Assembly: GCA_050230475.1 (NCBI GenBank)
Contig: JBFLGF010000147.1
Coordinates: 1-64,000, forward strand
DNA: 64,000 nt
Reading direction: 5' to 3'
Source: Ancylonema sp.
Taxonomy: Eukaryota
A model generated the notes under the pieces. It was not told the DNA's origin, made no database searches, and saw only the letters and a program-made list of their open reading frames with translations. This document shows, piece after piece, positions 25,689-38,623 of this stretch. Made by a program: the position numbers and the translations under genes. Each line of letters opens with the position of its first letter. Position 1 is the first letter of the stretch.

Positions 25689-27486
25689 TTAATAGATTCG
25701 CATGGGCTTCCCCATTGTGGTCTTCAGCCACAAACTCTTCACCTGAAACCCAGAAGGAGGAAGCAGCAGCTCATTACCCAATCTGCTGTGATTTGAGCCA
25801 TGGTTCACAAGTTTTGACGCACGTGTGAGTCACACCATTCACAGAATTGTCTCCAATGCATGCATTACTTTCACAACAGCCCCCTCCCTCACTACCCTCC
25901 CACTCCTACTACTCCCCAGCTGCATCATCATCCCTGCCACATCCTTCTCTAAGTCCAATTCTAGCCATGGGTTTTGAAGGTAATGCCTGCTGCAAAGCTG
26001 ACCACACCCTACACCATTGCCGATCCACACCCAAAGCGACCCCTCTGCCCCCTGTTGTAGATCCTCCCAACCCCCCACCCCCCTTACATTCTGCCAGTTC
26101 TTCTTGAGGAGCGACACGAGGAAGTTGACGGACAGCTGCACATTCTGGAACACCTGCTTCTCCTCCATGTCACAGTTGCCCACCGCCACTCCCATGCACA
26201 GCACTTTCTTCAACTGGAACTTGATGGTGGCCTTCATCTCATTCACCTGGGAGGCACATAAGAGACCAAAATTTCCTATGAGCACATGTTCATATATAGA
26301 GATTACAACAGACGGTTTTGGGATATGTGTGGGATGCAATCTTGACACTATTCCTCTCTCCTCGCCAGAGACTATTCTCGCAATAGACCTATCCCAGCTA
26401 CATGTATGATCCACTTTCCCATGACCGCTTTCTTCCTGGGTTTCCAGTCATTACGAGCTCCCCTGCTTTCCTCCAACTCCTACCCTCTGCGCCCCCGATG
26501 GCTCTCGACCTCACATCCCTTGTCGCACCTTAGATTCCAGCGTCTCGTTGTGCGTGACAAGAGTCGGAAACTTCCCGGCTTTGTTTAGTCCGGGGCCAAG
26601 GAGTCTGGGAATCTGCTTGATGATAGCCTCTGATGCCAAAAAAGAGTGATACTTCTTAGACAGCTTCTTCACCAGCTTCTTGTTCTTGTTCATTTTCTTC
26701 AGGGCCTCGACTCCCATGTTGTCCAACTCCATGATCGTGGCCTGTAACGGAACCGAAACATTGCAAAAGACAGGGATTAGGAAGACGGGTTTCTATGGTG
26801 TCACCAAATGAGTCGATAGCAAGTCGAGTGGACGACTGTACAAGACATGCACACATCTCCGGAAACAATCCATCCTTCACACTGTACAGAGCCCGATATG
26901 TCTGAGCAGACATGTATTGGTTATATTAACTCGCCGATACCTCACCTCTTCCACATGCTGCGCGTCTCCAAGCATGCAAATTCTGTACTTGGGCCGCGGG
27001 ATGTGGGGAAGCTTCACCGACCCGCTGAAACGTTTGTCCTTCTGAGGATCATAATTCTTAAGCCCAATTTGCAGCTCAATCGTCTCCGTGAATTTGCGCC
27101 CCTTTGTTTTGGCATCGTTCATAATAGCACTGAGGGCATCGCGCAGAACGTCGCTCTGGAGCTTGCTGCAGAAATGACAAAGTCAGGTTACAATTTAGTT
27201 GACAACTCCGGAACCCAAGAAACCCTTGAAATACGAATTCCTATCAGAAAGTCGCAGCACAAAATCTTCATTAATACTATGTGCTGTAAGCATCCGGCTG
27301 CCTCGATTATAAAATTGAAGGTCGAAGGATGTTACGAAAAGTAAGGGCTGATGCCAACTGAATAGCATGCATTGCATTGCAGGAAGGTTTTGAAGCATCT
27401 AAAATTTAATTCCACATGCCATACACGTACGCAACGTGCATATGCTCAATTCAAATTCTTGAATATACGTAAGGCGCGCACCTCAT
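25689..27486 (-). CDS. RPL10A: 60S ribosomal protein L10a (uL1), copy A, 5 exons
   Basis: ATGAG micro-exon, then [72 protein letters not shown] and [17 protein letters not shown]. Confidence 0.97.
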
Positions 27487-28011
27487 CTTGCTGGAGGTGC
27501 CTGACACCTGTTACAAGTTGATGTGGAGAGGACCCGATTGAGACGCCGCAGGTAATAAGTAGTCCGTAGCTGAACCCCAAATAATCAAGGTACAATGTGT
27601 ATCCTCGTTGTACATAACCGCAACTTTGAAAAAACGAATACCTCAATATAACTTTACGGACCGATATTGGTTCTGTTGGCACGGGTCTCGAAGGCAAATT
27701 CAACAACCGTCATCTGGCGGTTAACTTTCGTTATATTGTAATATTTTAACATGACGATTGTCAATTTCACATCCCAGTTTCATTGTTGATAACGTGGAAA
27801 CAGTTGAGGTTCAGCTACCGGTGCGAACGATTCCTACGTATTCAGGCAAGCCCAGCTCATTCCTATCAAACACTTGGGAGGATTCCGAGCCACATCTACG
27901 TCGTTCTATACCGGAGATGCGACAACAGCCGAGTGATAGCAATGCTGATTAGACCTCTGACACCATATCTAGGACATACATTTACTTTCAGTGCTCTTCA
28001 GTGGCGTCCCC

Positions 28012-28827
28012 ATGACAGTCTTACCCGAAGGTGGAAACTTTCGTATCAGAGAAGTATGGGCAGATAACCTCGACCATGAAATCGAGTTGATTCGGAACAT
28101 CGTGGATGACTACCCATATGTTGCGATGGATACTGAATTCCCTGGTGTAGTTGTAAGACCCCTGGGTCCCTTTAAAACCAGCGCAGAATATCACTATCAG
28201 ACGCTGCGTGCAAATGTGGACATGCTAAAGCTCATTCAATTAGGTTTGACCTTCTCAGATGAGCAAGGCAACTTGCCGGTTCTCGGTGATGAGCACTGCG
28301 TCTGGCAGTTCAATTTCAGAGAGTTCAATCTTCGAGATGACGTGTACGCCCAGGACTCAGTTGAGCTGTTGAAGCAGAGCGGCATAGATTTTGCGAAAAT
28401 GGAGGAGCGTGGGGTAGATGCAGAGCTCTTTGGGGAGTATATGATGTCCTCTGGAATTGTGTTGAATGAAAACGTGCACTGGATCACCTTTCATTCCGGA
28501 TACGATTTTGGGTACCTCGTCAAACTCCTCACCTGCCAGAAGCTTCCAGCCGCAGAGGCGGATTTCTTCAAGCTTCTTCAGCTTTACTTCCCCACACTCT
28601 ACGACATAAAGTACCTCATGAAATTCTGTGAGAATCTACACGGTGGATTGAACAAGCTGGCAGAGGCTTTAGACGTACAGAGGATCGGGCCGCAGCACCA
28701 GGCAGGGTCGGATAGTCTGTTGACATCATCTACATTTGTCAAGCTTAGGGCCACCTTTTTCAACGGGCAGACTGACAAATATGCAGGGGTACTGTATGGT
28801 CTAGGAGTAGACACGGACCTATCATGA
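28012..28827 (+). CDS. CAF1: CCR4-associated factor 1 (CAF1/POP2) DEDD deadenylase, copy A, intronless CDS
   Basis: [50 protein letters not shown] at 28012. Confidence 0.97.
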   Translation: MTVLPEGGNFRIREVWADNLDHEIELIRNIVDDYPYVAMDTEFPGVVVRPLGPFKTSAEYHYQTLRANVDMLKLIQLGLTFSDEQGNLPVLGDEHCVWQFNFREFNLRDDVYAQDSVELLKQSGIDFAKMEERGVDAELFGEYMMSSGIVLNENVHWITFHSGYDFGYLVKLLTCQKLPAAEADFFKLLQLYFPTLYDIKYLMKFCENLHGGLNKLAEALDVQRIGPQHQAGSDSLLTSSTFVKLRATFFNGQTDKYAGVLYGLGVDTDLS

Positions 28828-29987
28828 TGGCACTTTGCGAGAGCTACTCACGTTTAAGAGCCCCTAACTCTCTACCTGCCAGGTTTCAGAGTCATATTTG
28901 TATGTTGTAATGCACACTTGCGGAATCTTGTACAGTGCCGAAATAGCAGATTTGCTAGAAGGGTGAGGGGGTTGGGCAGGATGGGAAGGGATAGGCGTTA
29001 GCGTTTTGAATTAGACTTTGTCAAATGGGTTTTCGCAAGTGTTTGTGTTAATGCGAATGAGTTGTGTTTAAGTGCTGTGAAAGTAAGAGTTAGGACGCAA
29101 TGGCGTCCACAAATCTAAAGAGGTATCTGTAAAATCTGTAAAATCTGTTATTTGTCTTGCGAGCATGAACACCGTGCAAAAGGTGCCACTTTTAGGTGCG
29201 CAAGACACGTTGAACGAGAAGGCCCATACGCATACAATATAATACGGTATTGAAAAAATGTACACGATACAACGGCCCGCCACATTGTGGACGACAACCG
29301 TATCCGTGCATATGCAGGTCACCCGAACTTGAATGAATAATTCTGAACCCGATGATTTTAAACCCAGGAAAAAATGAACAGTATACGCATATCAGAGTGG
29401 TATCTCTGCATATGTGTCCACACAGCGGGAAAGCATACGTAAGCACTGATTTCTGACTAATGCGGGTACCCTCGCGGGTATTTAATTAACTACTTCAAAT
29501 GCGTACACTTTAACCGTGATTAAAACGGGACAATATGAGCATATCTGGAGTGGCAACACAATATACACGGGGGAAGCTGTGAATGAACAGGTTGCCTGTA
29601 CAGTGATATTACTGTGCATGCTGAATCGGCTCGGAGTGGACTGCCTTAGGGGGAAAAACGCTCTCAAATGACGCAAATGTGCTACATACCGACACCTACC
29701 GAGAGGGAAAATCATATCGTTGAACTACCCACGACGAGCTGCCATGGGATCCCGAGGGCGTGCGGTCCAATTTGTCATGGACATAGACATGGGAAGCTTG
29801 TAGAATGTATGCCGATTGGTTACCTGAGACCATGTCGAGGCTGTCAGAATATGGTCTTTAGTGCCGAAAGGTCTTTAGTACCGCGGCGTGCTGTTTGTGA
29901 GTGAAAGGCTTAGTGCAAGCATGGATTTTTTTACCAGTGCTAGCGATGTCCCTCTACTCTGGCGACCCGCCTAGCTGATCAACCGTC

Positions 29988-32900
29988 ATGCCAAACCCGT
30001 CCGTGGTCTTGGCCACAGCCGGTTATGATCACACCATACGCTTCTGGGAAGCTACGACAGGCCGCTGCTACAGAACTCTTCAGTATGCTGACTCTGTACG
30101 TCACATTCTGACTTCAATCTCCCCGTCGCTTTAGGTGCATTTGTCTGAATTATTCGTCTCGTTGATTGCGCAGCAAGTGAATCGTCTGGAGATCACCCCT
30201 GACAAGCAATATCTGGCAGCAGCTGGGAACCCTCACATCAGACTCTTTGAAGTCAATTCAACGTCACAGCAACCGGTTCGCCTCATTCCGCCCACTACCT
30301 CCTCCTTACTCGTCATGACCCATCTCCGTATCCAGCAACTTCATCTGCCACGTGTCACATTCCTTCCCTCACGTGCCACTCGATGCTCAGGTCATCCTCT
30401 GAATAAGAATATCATGCACTTCGATTAGGAATCGTGTAGAATGTGCCATCGGAGCCGAGTTCCTCATGGACTTTCGATGGATGCCACCTGGCAGGTGACA
30501 AGCTATGACGGCCACACCACCAATGTCACTGCAATCGGTTTTCAGTGCGACGGAAAGTGGATGTACTCCGGTTCTGAGGACGGAACCGTCAAGATCTGGG
30601 ACCTGAGGCAAGTAGAGCATAGCAGAACCTGGGGAACTGAGATCTTTGTTCGGAGAGTGTGTAGCTAAAGCTCATTTGGCCCAGCCGGCCCAGCCGGTCC
30701 AGCTGCTGTGCAGCCTGTCCGTGTGTGCTCACCTCCACACACCTCACGCTTGCATCCATACATAGACTTCCTGTACGAGGTACTCATTTCTTTCTGCTTC
30801 TTCTTCCAGAGCTCCAGGTTGTCAGAGGGAATATGAGAGTGTGGCTGCGGTCAACACTGTTGTGCTCCACCCTAATCAGGTATGCACACCCATGTGGATA
30901 TTCTTGCAGCCGCCCCCCTTCTACAATATTCTCCCACTGTCGAAATTTGAGCCGTAACACTTAATATTATCATACCTTTATATCTATGTAACTAACATTA
31001 TTGTAACCCCCGCTTATGGTCGAGGTTGCCTCCAACCCGTGTGCTTCACAGCACCACAGGAATCAGACACCACTTCTTGGAGTATGCAAGGCATGTTCGG
31101 CAAATAAAGATGTAGGATTGGGATACTCGGTCGGTATATGTGGGGTACTGGGTCGGTGTATGTGGTCAGCCAGGGGTGAGAAAACATGAAATGTGATAGG
31201 AAAACAGAAATAACCTCCCCCCCCCAAAAAAAAAACGAAAAAAAACGTTGCTCCTCACGCAAGAATGGCGTCTACTGATCGCAGACAGAGCTTATCTCTG
31301 GAGACCAGAAAGGCAACATTCGTGTCTGGGACCTCACCGCCAACTCGTGCAGTTGTGAACTGGTGAGTGATGTGCCGTGCCAAAACGACCGCAAGAGTGT
31401 AAAGTAAGAGGATGAAGTAAGAGGATGAAGTAAGAGGATGAAGTAAGAGGATGAAGGAAGAGGATGAAGGAAGAGGATGAAGGAAGAGGATGAAGTAAGA
31501 GGATGAAGTGCAAGGATGAAGTGAGAGGATGAAGTAAGAGGATGAAGTAAGAGGATGAAGGAAGAGGAGGAAGTAAGAGGACGAAGTAAGAGGATGAAGT
31601 AAGAGGATGAAGGCGACAATGGTATGCCTGCGGATCGATTTCCTGGAGAGAGAGAGAGAGAGAGGATACGCTTTCTGGACCATGAATGCCCGTGTCGCCT
31701 CTAAACCCTCCCCCAAGTTCCCCCACACGTGAGGCCGCCTCAGTTACGATTCAGATCCAGGTCCAGATGGCTGTGCCGGAGAAAATGCACAGAATGTTGA
31801 ATTCAGTTGCATGTCTCACCAGCCTCCTGCGTCTCCGCTGCGCCTTTTCTTCATGTCCTCCCGACTCGAAAGCGAAATGTTGAACCACTGAGGCTTCTCA
31901 TGTGGGGCACATGGCAGGTTCCAGAGGTAGATACTGCGATTCGGTCGCTGACCATCAATTGGGATGGAGGGCTCATAGTGGCGGCGAACAACAACGGCAC
32001 ATGCTATGTGTGGCGTCTGCTCAAGGGAGCTCAGGTACCCCACCCCCCCCCCAACCCCAACCCCAACCCAACCTCCCTCCCACCCACTCGCCTGCTCCGC
32101 ACACTCAACGCATGATCCATGCATGCTCAACGCGTGAAGCATTGCTGTCGTCTTCCTGATCCGACATGGGTCGTTCCACATAATCTCACGTGGGTGGGAG
32201 GGTGGGAGGAATGAGAAGGGGGCGGATTTGGTTGACCTGTTTACACCACACTGAAAAACTGTTGCCTGCATCTGCTTATATGGGTCGCCAGTCTTTGGAC
32301 ATGGGTTGGACGGAAGGTTGGTGATGACGATGGTTATGGCGATGATGCTGATGGCGATGGTGATGGTGATGGTGAGGTGATGGTGATGGTGATGGTGATG
32401 GTGACGATGACATAACACTGAGCTCTGATCTATTCGGCCAACCTTCGATTTCGTAAATCGTTCACCCCACCCGCAGACGTCCCTTACATTCCTTCCCCAT
32501 TCCTTTCAGACCACCACGAACTTCGAGCCCCTACACAAGCTGCAGGCCCACAACTCGTACATCCTCAAGTGCCTCCTTTCTCCCGAGTTCTCGGAACCGA
32601 ACAGGTCAAACACCTCCTCTGCTCACATTGGTCGAGGCTCCTACACCCCCCCCTCCCTCTTCTCGCTTTCCGGCTGCTTTACCTGTTTCTTCACCACATC
32701 ATGAGTGCAGAAATGCAATATGTTTGGACCTGTTGAATGGTTACATTGCGCTCATAGTTATTGATGGTACTCCCCTTCCTTTGAAACCGAACATTGTACG
32801 CCTCCCCTCCCTCGCAGCCGCTACCTAGCAACGACTTCCGCAGATAACACGGTGAAGATTTGGAACGTGGCGGATAACTTCTCGCTCGAGAAAACGCTTG

Positions 32901-33886
32901 TCGGTATGCGGTTATCCACAAACACGCCGCCACCACGTCTATCTGCGGAACAGAGGAATGGAGGCACTTTTTTCACGCGGCGATGATAATCGATGGAATG
33001 ATGCCATTCCGTCCCCTCTTTCTACCTCGGATGCACTTTGAATAAGTGATGCGCAATTGAGTGGTGAAGTGGTTAAAAAAGTGTTAACGTGTATCAGAAG
33101 TTGGTGCTAGTTCGCAGCTCACAGGAGCCGTCAAATCTGTTAGTGTAACAGAAAAACGTTTGCACACTATGTATGGCTATGGTTGACTTCATACTACGTT
33201 GGTTGACTATGGTTGACTTATGGTTGACTTATGGTTGACTTTGGTGGGAGGTATTTGTGGGGATCGCAGGGCATCAGAGATGGGTGTGGGATTGCGTGTT
33301 TTCGGTGGAGGGGGCGTACCTCGTGACTGGTCAGTCGCTGCCGTTGAATACATGCTCTCATTTATTCACTCGCTTGGCCAATGTGTAGTGGTGGTGAAAT
33401 GGATTCTTCTTACTTGCAAGGCATGCTATAGGGATAGAGAATATATGAGGCTTGTAGAATGAACCAATATAATTATGGTGTCGCGATAGCATCGATTGTA
33501 GAAGGAAGAGAGGGGAGGAGTGTTAGCGCGCTGAGTGTGTAGCGGAATTGTGGTGTCTCAAATTGCTAGCTAGCTAGATCTGGGCAATGAGAAGACGTGG
33601 TCAGGTTCAGAATATCATAGCAATGATGCAATGTCTTCCTTTCAGTCATAGACCTCCATTGAGGCTATGTTTGTGAAACGCTTTATGGGAGACGCAATGG
33701 ACAGACAACAGATGCACGATATCCAATCATATGATGCATATTTGTGATATTTCTGCAGCTTCCTCCGACACGACCTCACGACTTTGGGACATCAACACAG
33801 GCGAAGCCATCCGCGTGTACTCGGGCCACCACAAGGCTACCATTTGTTGCGCATTGAATGACGGCACAGAACTCAATGGGATGTGA
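29988..33886 (+). CDS. LST8: TOR complex subunit LST8, copy B
   Basis: Same exons as copy A; the coding differences I saw are synonymous. Confidence 0.95.
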
Positions 33887-35484
33887 TTGTGTGTGTGTGT
33901 GTCTCCTATCTTGGCGCCGCGTGCAAATGAGTATCACTCGACTTCGGTATAGGGAAAGCTCACCTAAAAAACCATCGAGCTTGCCAAAAATATTTGAACC
34001 TCCATCGACACGTGTAGGCCAATACGTGGATAGAAACCTAGGCATAGCTAGTATGCACTAGGAATCCGGGTGAGGCTCTTGCTTCGAAGACTTTTGTTGA
34101 GATATAGTGGTGCGTTTTTAGGGCTTTTAGGGCCCAAAAAGTGCAAGTTTGGAACACCTTAGTTGAAATACAGTCGTGTATGTTGCTACACTTTGCGTCC
34201 TTGTACAAAGGTTAAGATGTGCACAACGATAGGAGACGCACAAGATCTGAGTGGGCGTTGAAGTTTTTTTACCTTCAGATTATCTTCGGTGACGAAGAGG
34301 GAAGAGGCACTTATTGGCATGTGGTAGGAGTCGCAAAACATGGATGCATTGTTCATGTTTCATCTATTCACCCAGTTTAAATTGTCAGATTGATTTGCTC
34401 ATAACCTCATGCTTCGCGCCAAATCATAGCACGCGTATACACTACAAGCATTGTCCTTGCTTTTGGTGAGGGGTCTCACAAATGGTCCGCTTTCTTGTGC
34501 AAGCAGTATAAGTAACTGGTAGTGAAACTGCATAAGCTACTGAATGAACAAATATTGAACTTGTTTGTTGGAACTCATGTACCATCACAAATGTTATCCT
34601 TTTGCTGCCAAGGTCGAAGCACCTCAAGGCAATATTTGAGTGATTGTAACAATCGAAGGTGCCGCACAAGCCCGAGCGTCTGAGAGACATTTGAAGCTCG
34701 ATGATTGTAGGTTGCTTCATGCTTCGGCTACAACCCAAAGTACTGAATCAATCTGGGTGAACACATAGCGTTAGCTAGTAGCATACGATCATCTTGCTAA
34801 CAAACTCTAGCTTAGTGCGGAGTGTTATGAAGTATAATTCATCAAGGGAGCTTGCTTGTTCCCTTATCACCAACGTTTTGGGGAATTTATCTGTGTAATC
34901 CTTGCCACATCCCTCATTCCGCATGCCTGGGCTTGCGGATTTGAATACTCGTGTTGATTGCTCAACTACATGATGCGCATAACTGGCGATCTGACTTGCA
35001 TGCTCTACACAATCGCTTTGAATGGTGTGTACATGCTTCATCGTACATCGTGTACTGATTTGTCCAACCCTGGCGGCGGTAATGATGCCAAGCGATTCTT
35101 GGTACAAAGCAAACGCTGACATCAGGATGCGTTTGAGGTGCGTCAAGAACATGCGCAATCGTTGTTGACAACTCCACAATTCACTTGAATCGCAAGTGTT
35201 GGCATCAACGATCATTTGTCCCATTGATTCAGGGCATACTATGCCCATACCTCAATCATCTTCATGCACTCCACACACAGTGCACAGATTGGTGTTCTCA
35301 CTCATGGTGAAATCAGGCGTTACCAGCAAAATGATACAAGCACTCCATAAAAGAGCTCCCAAGAAAGCACAGCCTCTGAGGCTATACCCTTTGGTATGCG
35401 TTTCCCAAAGAGGTCAACGCGGGCTGAAAGAGGAGCCCCCCCCCCACAACCCCCCCCTCTCCAGCACTCCGCTCCTATGAGCAC

Positions 35485-37282
35485 TTAATAGATTCGCATG
35501 GGCTTCCCCATTGTGGTCTTCAGCCACAAACTCTTCACCTGAAACCCAGAAGGAGGAAGCAGCAGCTCATTACCCAATCTGCTGTGATTTGAGCCATGGT
35601 TCACAAGTTTTGTCGCACGTGTGAGTCACACCATTCACAGAATTGTCTCCAATGCATGCATTACTTTCACAACAGCCCCCTCCCTCACTACCCTCCCACT
35701 CCTACTACTCCCCAGCTGCATCATCATCCCTGCCACATCCTTCTCTAAGTCCAATTCTAGCCATGGGTTTTGAAGGTAATGCCTGCTGCAAAGCTGACCA
35801 CACCCTACACCATTGCCGATCCACACCCAAAGCGACCCCTCTGCCCCCTGTTGTAGATCCTCCCAACCCCCCACCCCCCTTACATTCTGCCAGTTCTTCT
35901 TGAGGAGCGACACGAGGAAGTTGACGGACAGCTGCACATTCTGGAACACCTGCTTCTCCTCCATGTCACAGTTGCCCACCGCCACTCCCATGCACAGCAC
36001 TTTCTTCAACTGGAACTTGATGGTGGCCTTCATCTCATTCACCTGGGAGGCACATAAGAGACCAAAATTTCCTATGAGCACATGTTCATATATAGAGATT
36101 ACAACAGACGGTTTTGGGATATGTGTGGGATGCAATCTTGACACTATTCCTCTCTCCTCGCCAGAGACTATTCTCGCAATAGACCTATCCCAGCTACATG
36201 TATGATCCACTTTCCCATGACCGCTTTCTTCCTGGGTTTCCAGTCATTACGAGCTCCCCTGCTTTCCTCCAACTCCTACCCTCTGCGCCCCCGATGGCTC
36301 TCGACCTCACATCCCTTGTCGCACCTTAGATTCCAGCGTCTCGTTGTGCGTGACAAGAGTCGGAAACTTCCCGGCTTTGTTTAGTCCGGGGCCAAGGAGT
36401 CTGGGAATCTGCTTGATGATAGCCTCTGATGCCAAAAAAGAGTGATACTTCTTAGACAGCTTCTTCACCAGCTTCTTGTTCTTGTTCATTTTCTTCAGGG
36501 CCTCGACTCCCATGTTGTCCAACTCCATGATCGTGGCCTGTAACGGAACCGAAACATTGCAAAAGACAGGGATTAGGAAGACGGGTTTCTATGGTGTCAC
36601 CAAATGAGTCGATAGCAAGTCGAGTGGACGACTGTACAAGACATGCACACATCTCCGGAAACAATCCATCCTTCACACTGTACAGAGCCCGATATGTCTG
36701 AGCAGACATGTATTGGTTATATTAACTCGCCGATACCTCACCTCTTCCACATGCTGCGCGTCTCCAAGCATGCAAATTCTGTACTTGGGCCGCGGGATGT
36801 GGGGAAGCTTCACCGACCCGCTGAAACGTTTGTCCTTCTGAGGATCATAATTCTTAAGCCCAATTTGCAGCTCAATCGTCTCCGTGAATTTGCGCCCCTT
36901 TGTTTTGGCATCGTTCATAATAGCACTGAGGGCATCGCGCAGAACGTCGCTCTGGAGCTTGCTGCAGAAATGACAAAGTCAGGTTACAATTTAGTTGACA
37001 ACTCCGGAACCCAAGAAACCCTTGAAATACGAATTCCTATCAGAAAGTCGCAGCACAAAATCTTCATTAATACTATGTGCTGTAAGCATCCGGCTGCCTC
37101 GATTATAAAATTGAAGGTCGAAGGATGTTACGAAAAGTAAGGGCTGATGCCAACTGAATAGCATGCATTGCATTGCAGGAAGGTTTTGAAGCATCTAAAA
37201 TTTAATTCCACATGCCATACACGTACGCAACGTGCATATGCTCAATTCAAATTCTTGAATATACGTAAGGCGCGCACCTCAT
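35485..37282 (-). CDS. RPL10A: 60S ribosomal protein L10a, copy B
   Basis: Exons match copy A. Confidence 0.96.
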
Positions 37283-37807
37283 CTTGCTGGAGGTGCCTGA
37301 CACCTGTTACAAGTTGATGTGGAGAGGACCCGATTGAGACGCCGCAGGTAATAAGTAGTCCGTAGCTGAACCCCAAATAATCAAGGTACAATGTGTATCC
37401 TCGTTGTACATAACCGCAACTTTGAAAAAACGAATACCTCAATATAACTTTACGGACCGATATTGGTTCTGTTGGCACGGGTCTCGAAGGCAAATTCAAC
37501 AACCGTCATCTGGCGGTTAACTTTCGTTATATTGTAATATTTTAACATGACGATTGTCAATTTCACATCCCAGTTTCATTGTTGATAACGTGGAAACAGT
37601 TGAGGTTCAGCTACCGGTGCGAACGATTCCTACGTATTCAGGCAAGCCCAGCTCATTCCTATCAAACACTTGGGAGGATTCCGAGCCACATCTACGTCGT
37701 TCTATACCGGAGATGCGACAACAGCCGAGTGATAGCAATGCTGATTAGACCTCTGACACCATATCTAGGACATACATTTACTTTCAGTGCTCTTCAGTGG
37801 CGTCCCC

Positions 37808-38623
37808 ATGACAGTCTTACCCGAAGGTGGAAACTTTCGTATCAGAGAAGTATGGGCAGATAACCTCGACCATGAAATCGAGTTGATTCGGAACATCGTG
37901 GATGACTACCCATATGTTGCGATGGATACTGAATTCCCTGGTGTAGTTGTAAGACCCCTGGGTCCCTTTAAAACCAGCGCAGAATATCACTATCAGACGC
38001 TGCGTGCAAATGTGGACATGCTAAAGCTCATTCAATTAGGTTTGACCTTCTCAGATGAGCAAGGCAACTTGCCGGTTCTCGGTGATGAGCACTGCGTCTG
38101 GCAGTTCAATTTCAGAGAGTTCAATCTTCGAGATGACGTGTACGCCCAGGACTCAGTTGAGCTGTTGAAGCAGAGCGGCATAGATTTTGCGAAAATGGAG
38201 GAGCGTGGGGTAGATGCAGAGCTCTTTGGGGAGTATATGATGTCCTCTGGAATTGTGTTGAATGAAAACGTGCACTGGATCACCTTTCATTCCGGATACG
38301 ATTTTGGGTACCTCGTCAAACTCCTCACCTGCCAGAAGCTTCCAGCCGCAGAGGCGGATTTCTTCAAGCTTCTTCAGCTTTACTTCCCCACACTCTACGA
38401 CATAAAGTACCTCATGAAATTCTGTGAGAATCTACACGGTGGATTGAACAAGCTGGCAGAGGCTTTAGACGTACAGAGGATCGGGCCGCAGCACCAGGCA
38501 GGGTCGGATAGTCTGTTGACATCATCTACATTTGTCAAGCTTAGGGCCACCTTTTTCAACGGGCAGACTGACAAATATGCAGGGGTACTGTATGGTCTAG
38601 GAGTAGACACGGACCTATCATGA
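37808..38623 (+). CDS. CAF1: CAF1 deadenylase, copy B
   Basis: Translation identical to copy A in the ORF track. Confidence 0.96.
   Translation: MTVLPEGGNFRIREVWADNLDHEIELIRNIVDDYPYVAMDTEFPGVVVRPLGPFKTSAEYHYQTLRANVDMLKLIQLGLTFSDEQGNLPVLGDEHCVWQFNFREFNLRDDVYAQDSVELLKQSGIDFAKMEERGVDAELFGEYMMSSGIVLNENVHWITFHSGYDFGYLVKLLTCQKLPAAEADFFKLLQLYFPTLYDIKYLMKFCENLHGGLNKLAEALDVQRIGPQHQAGSDSLLTSSTFVKLRATFFNGQTDKYAGVLYGLGVDTDLS

Larger units (their letters stand above)
19705..29013 (+). repeat. Segmental tandem duplication, unit A (LST8-RPL10a-CAF1)
   Basis: Direct repeat of 29399-38809; homology starts at ggtatctctgcatatg and ends at gcgttttgaatta. Confidence 0.97.
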
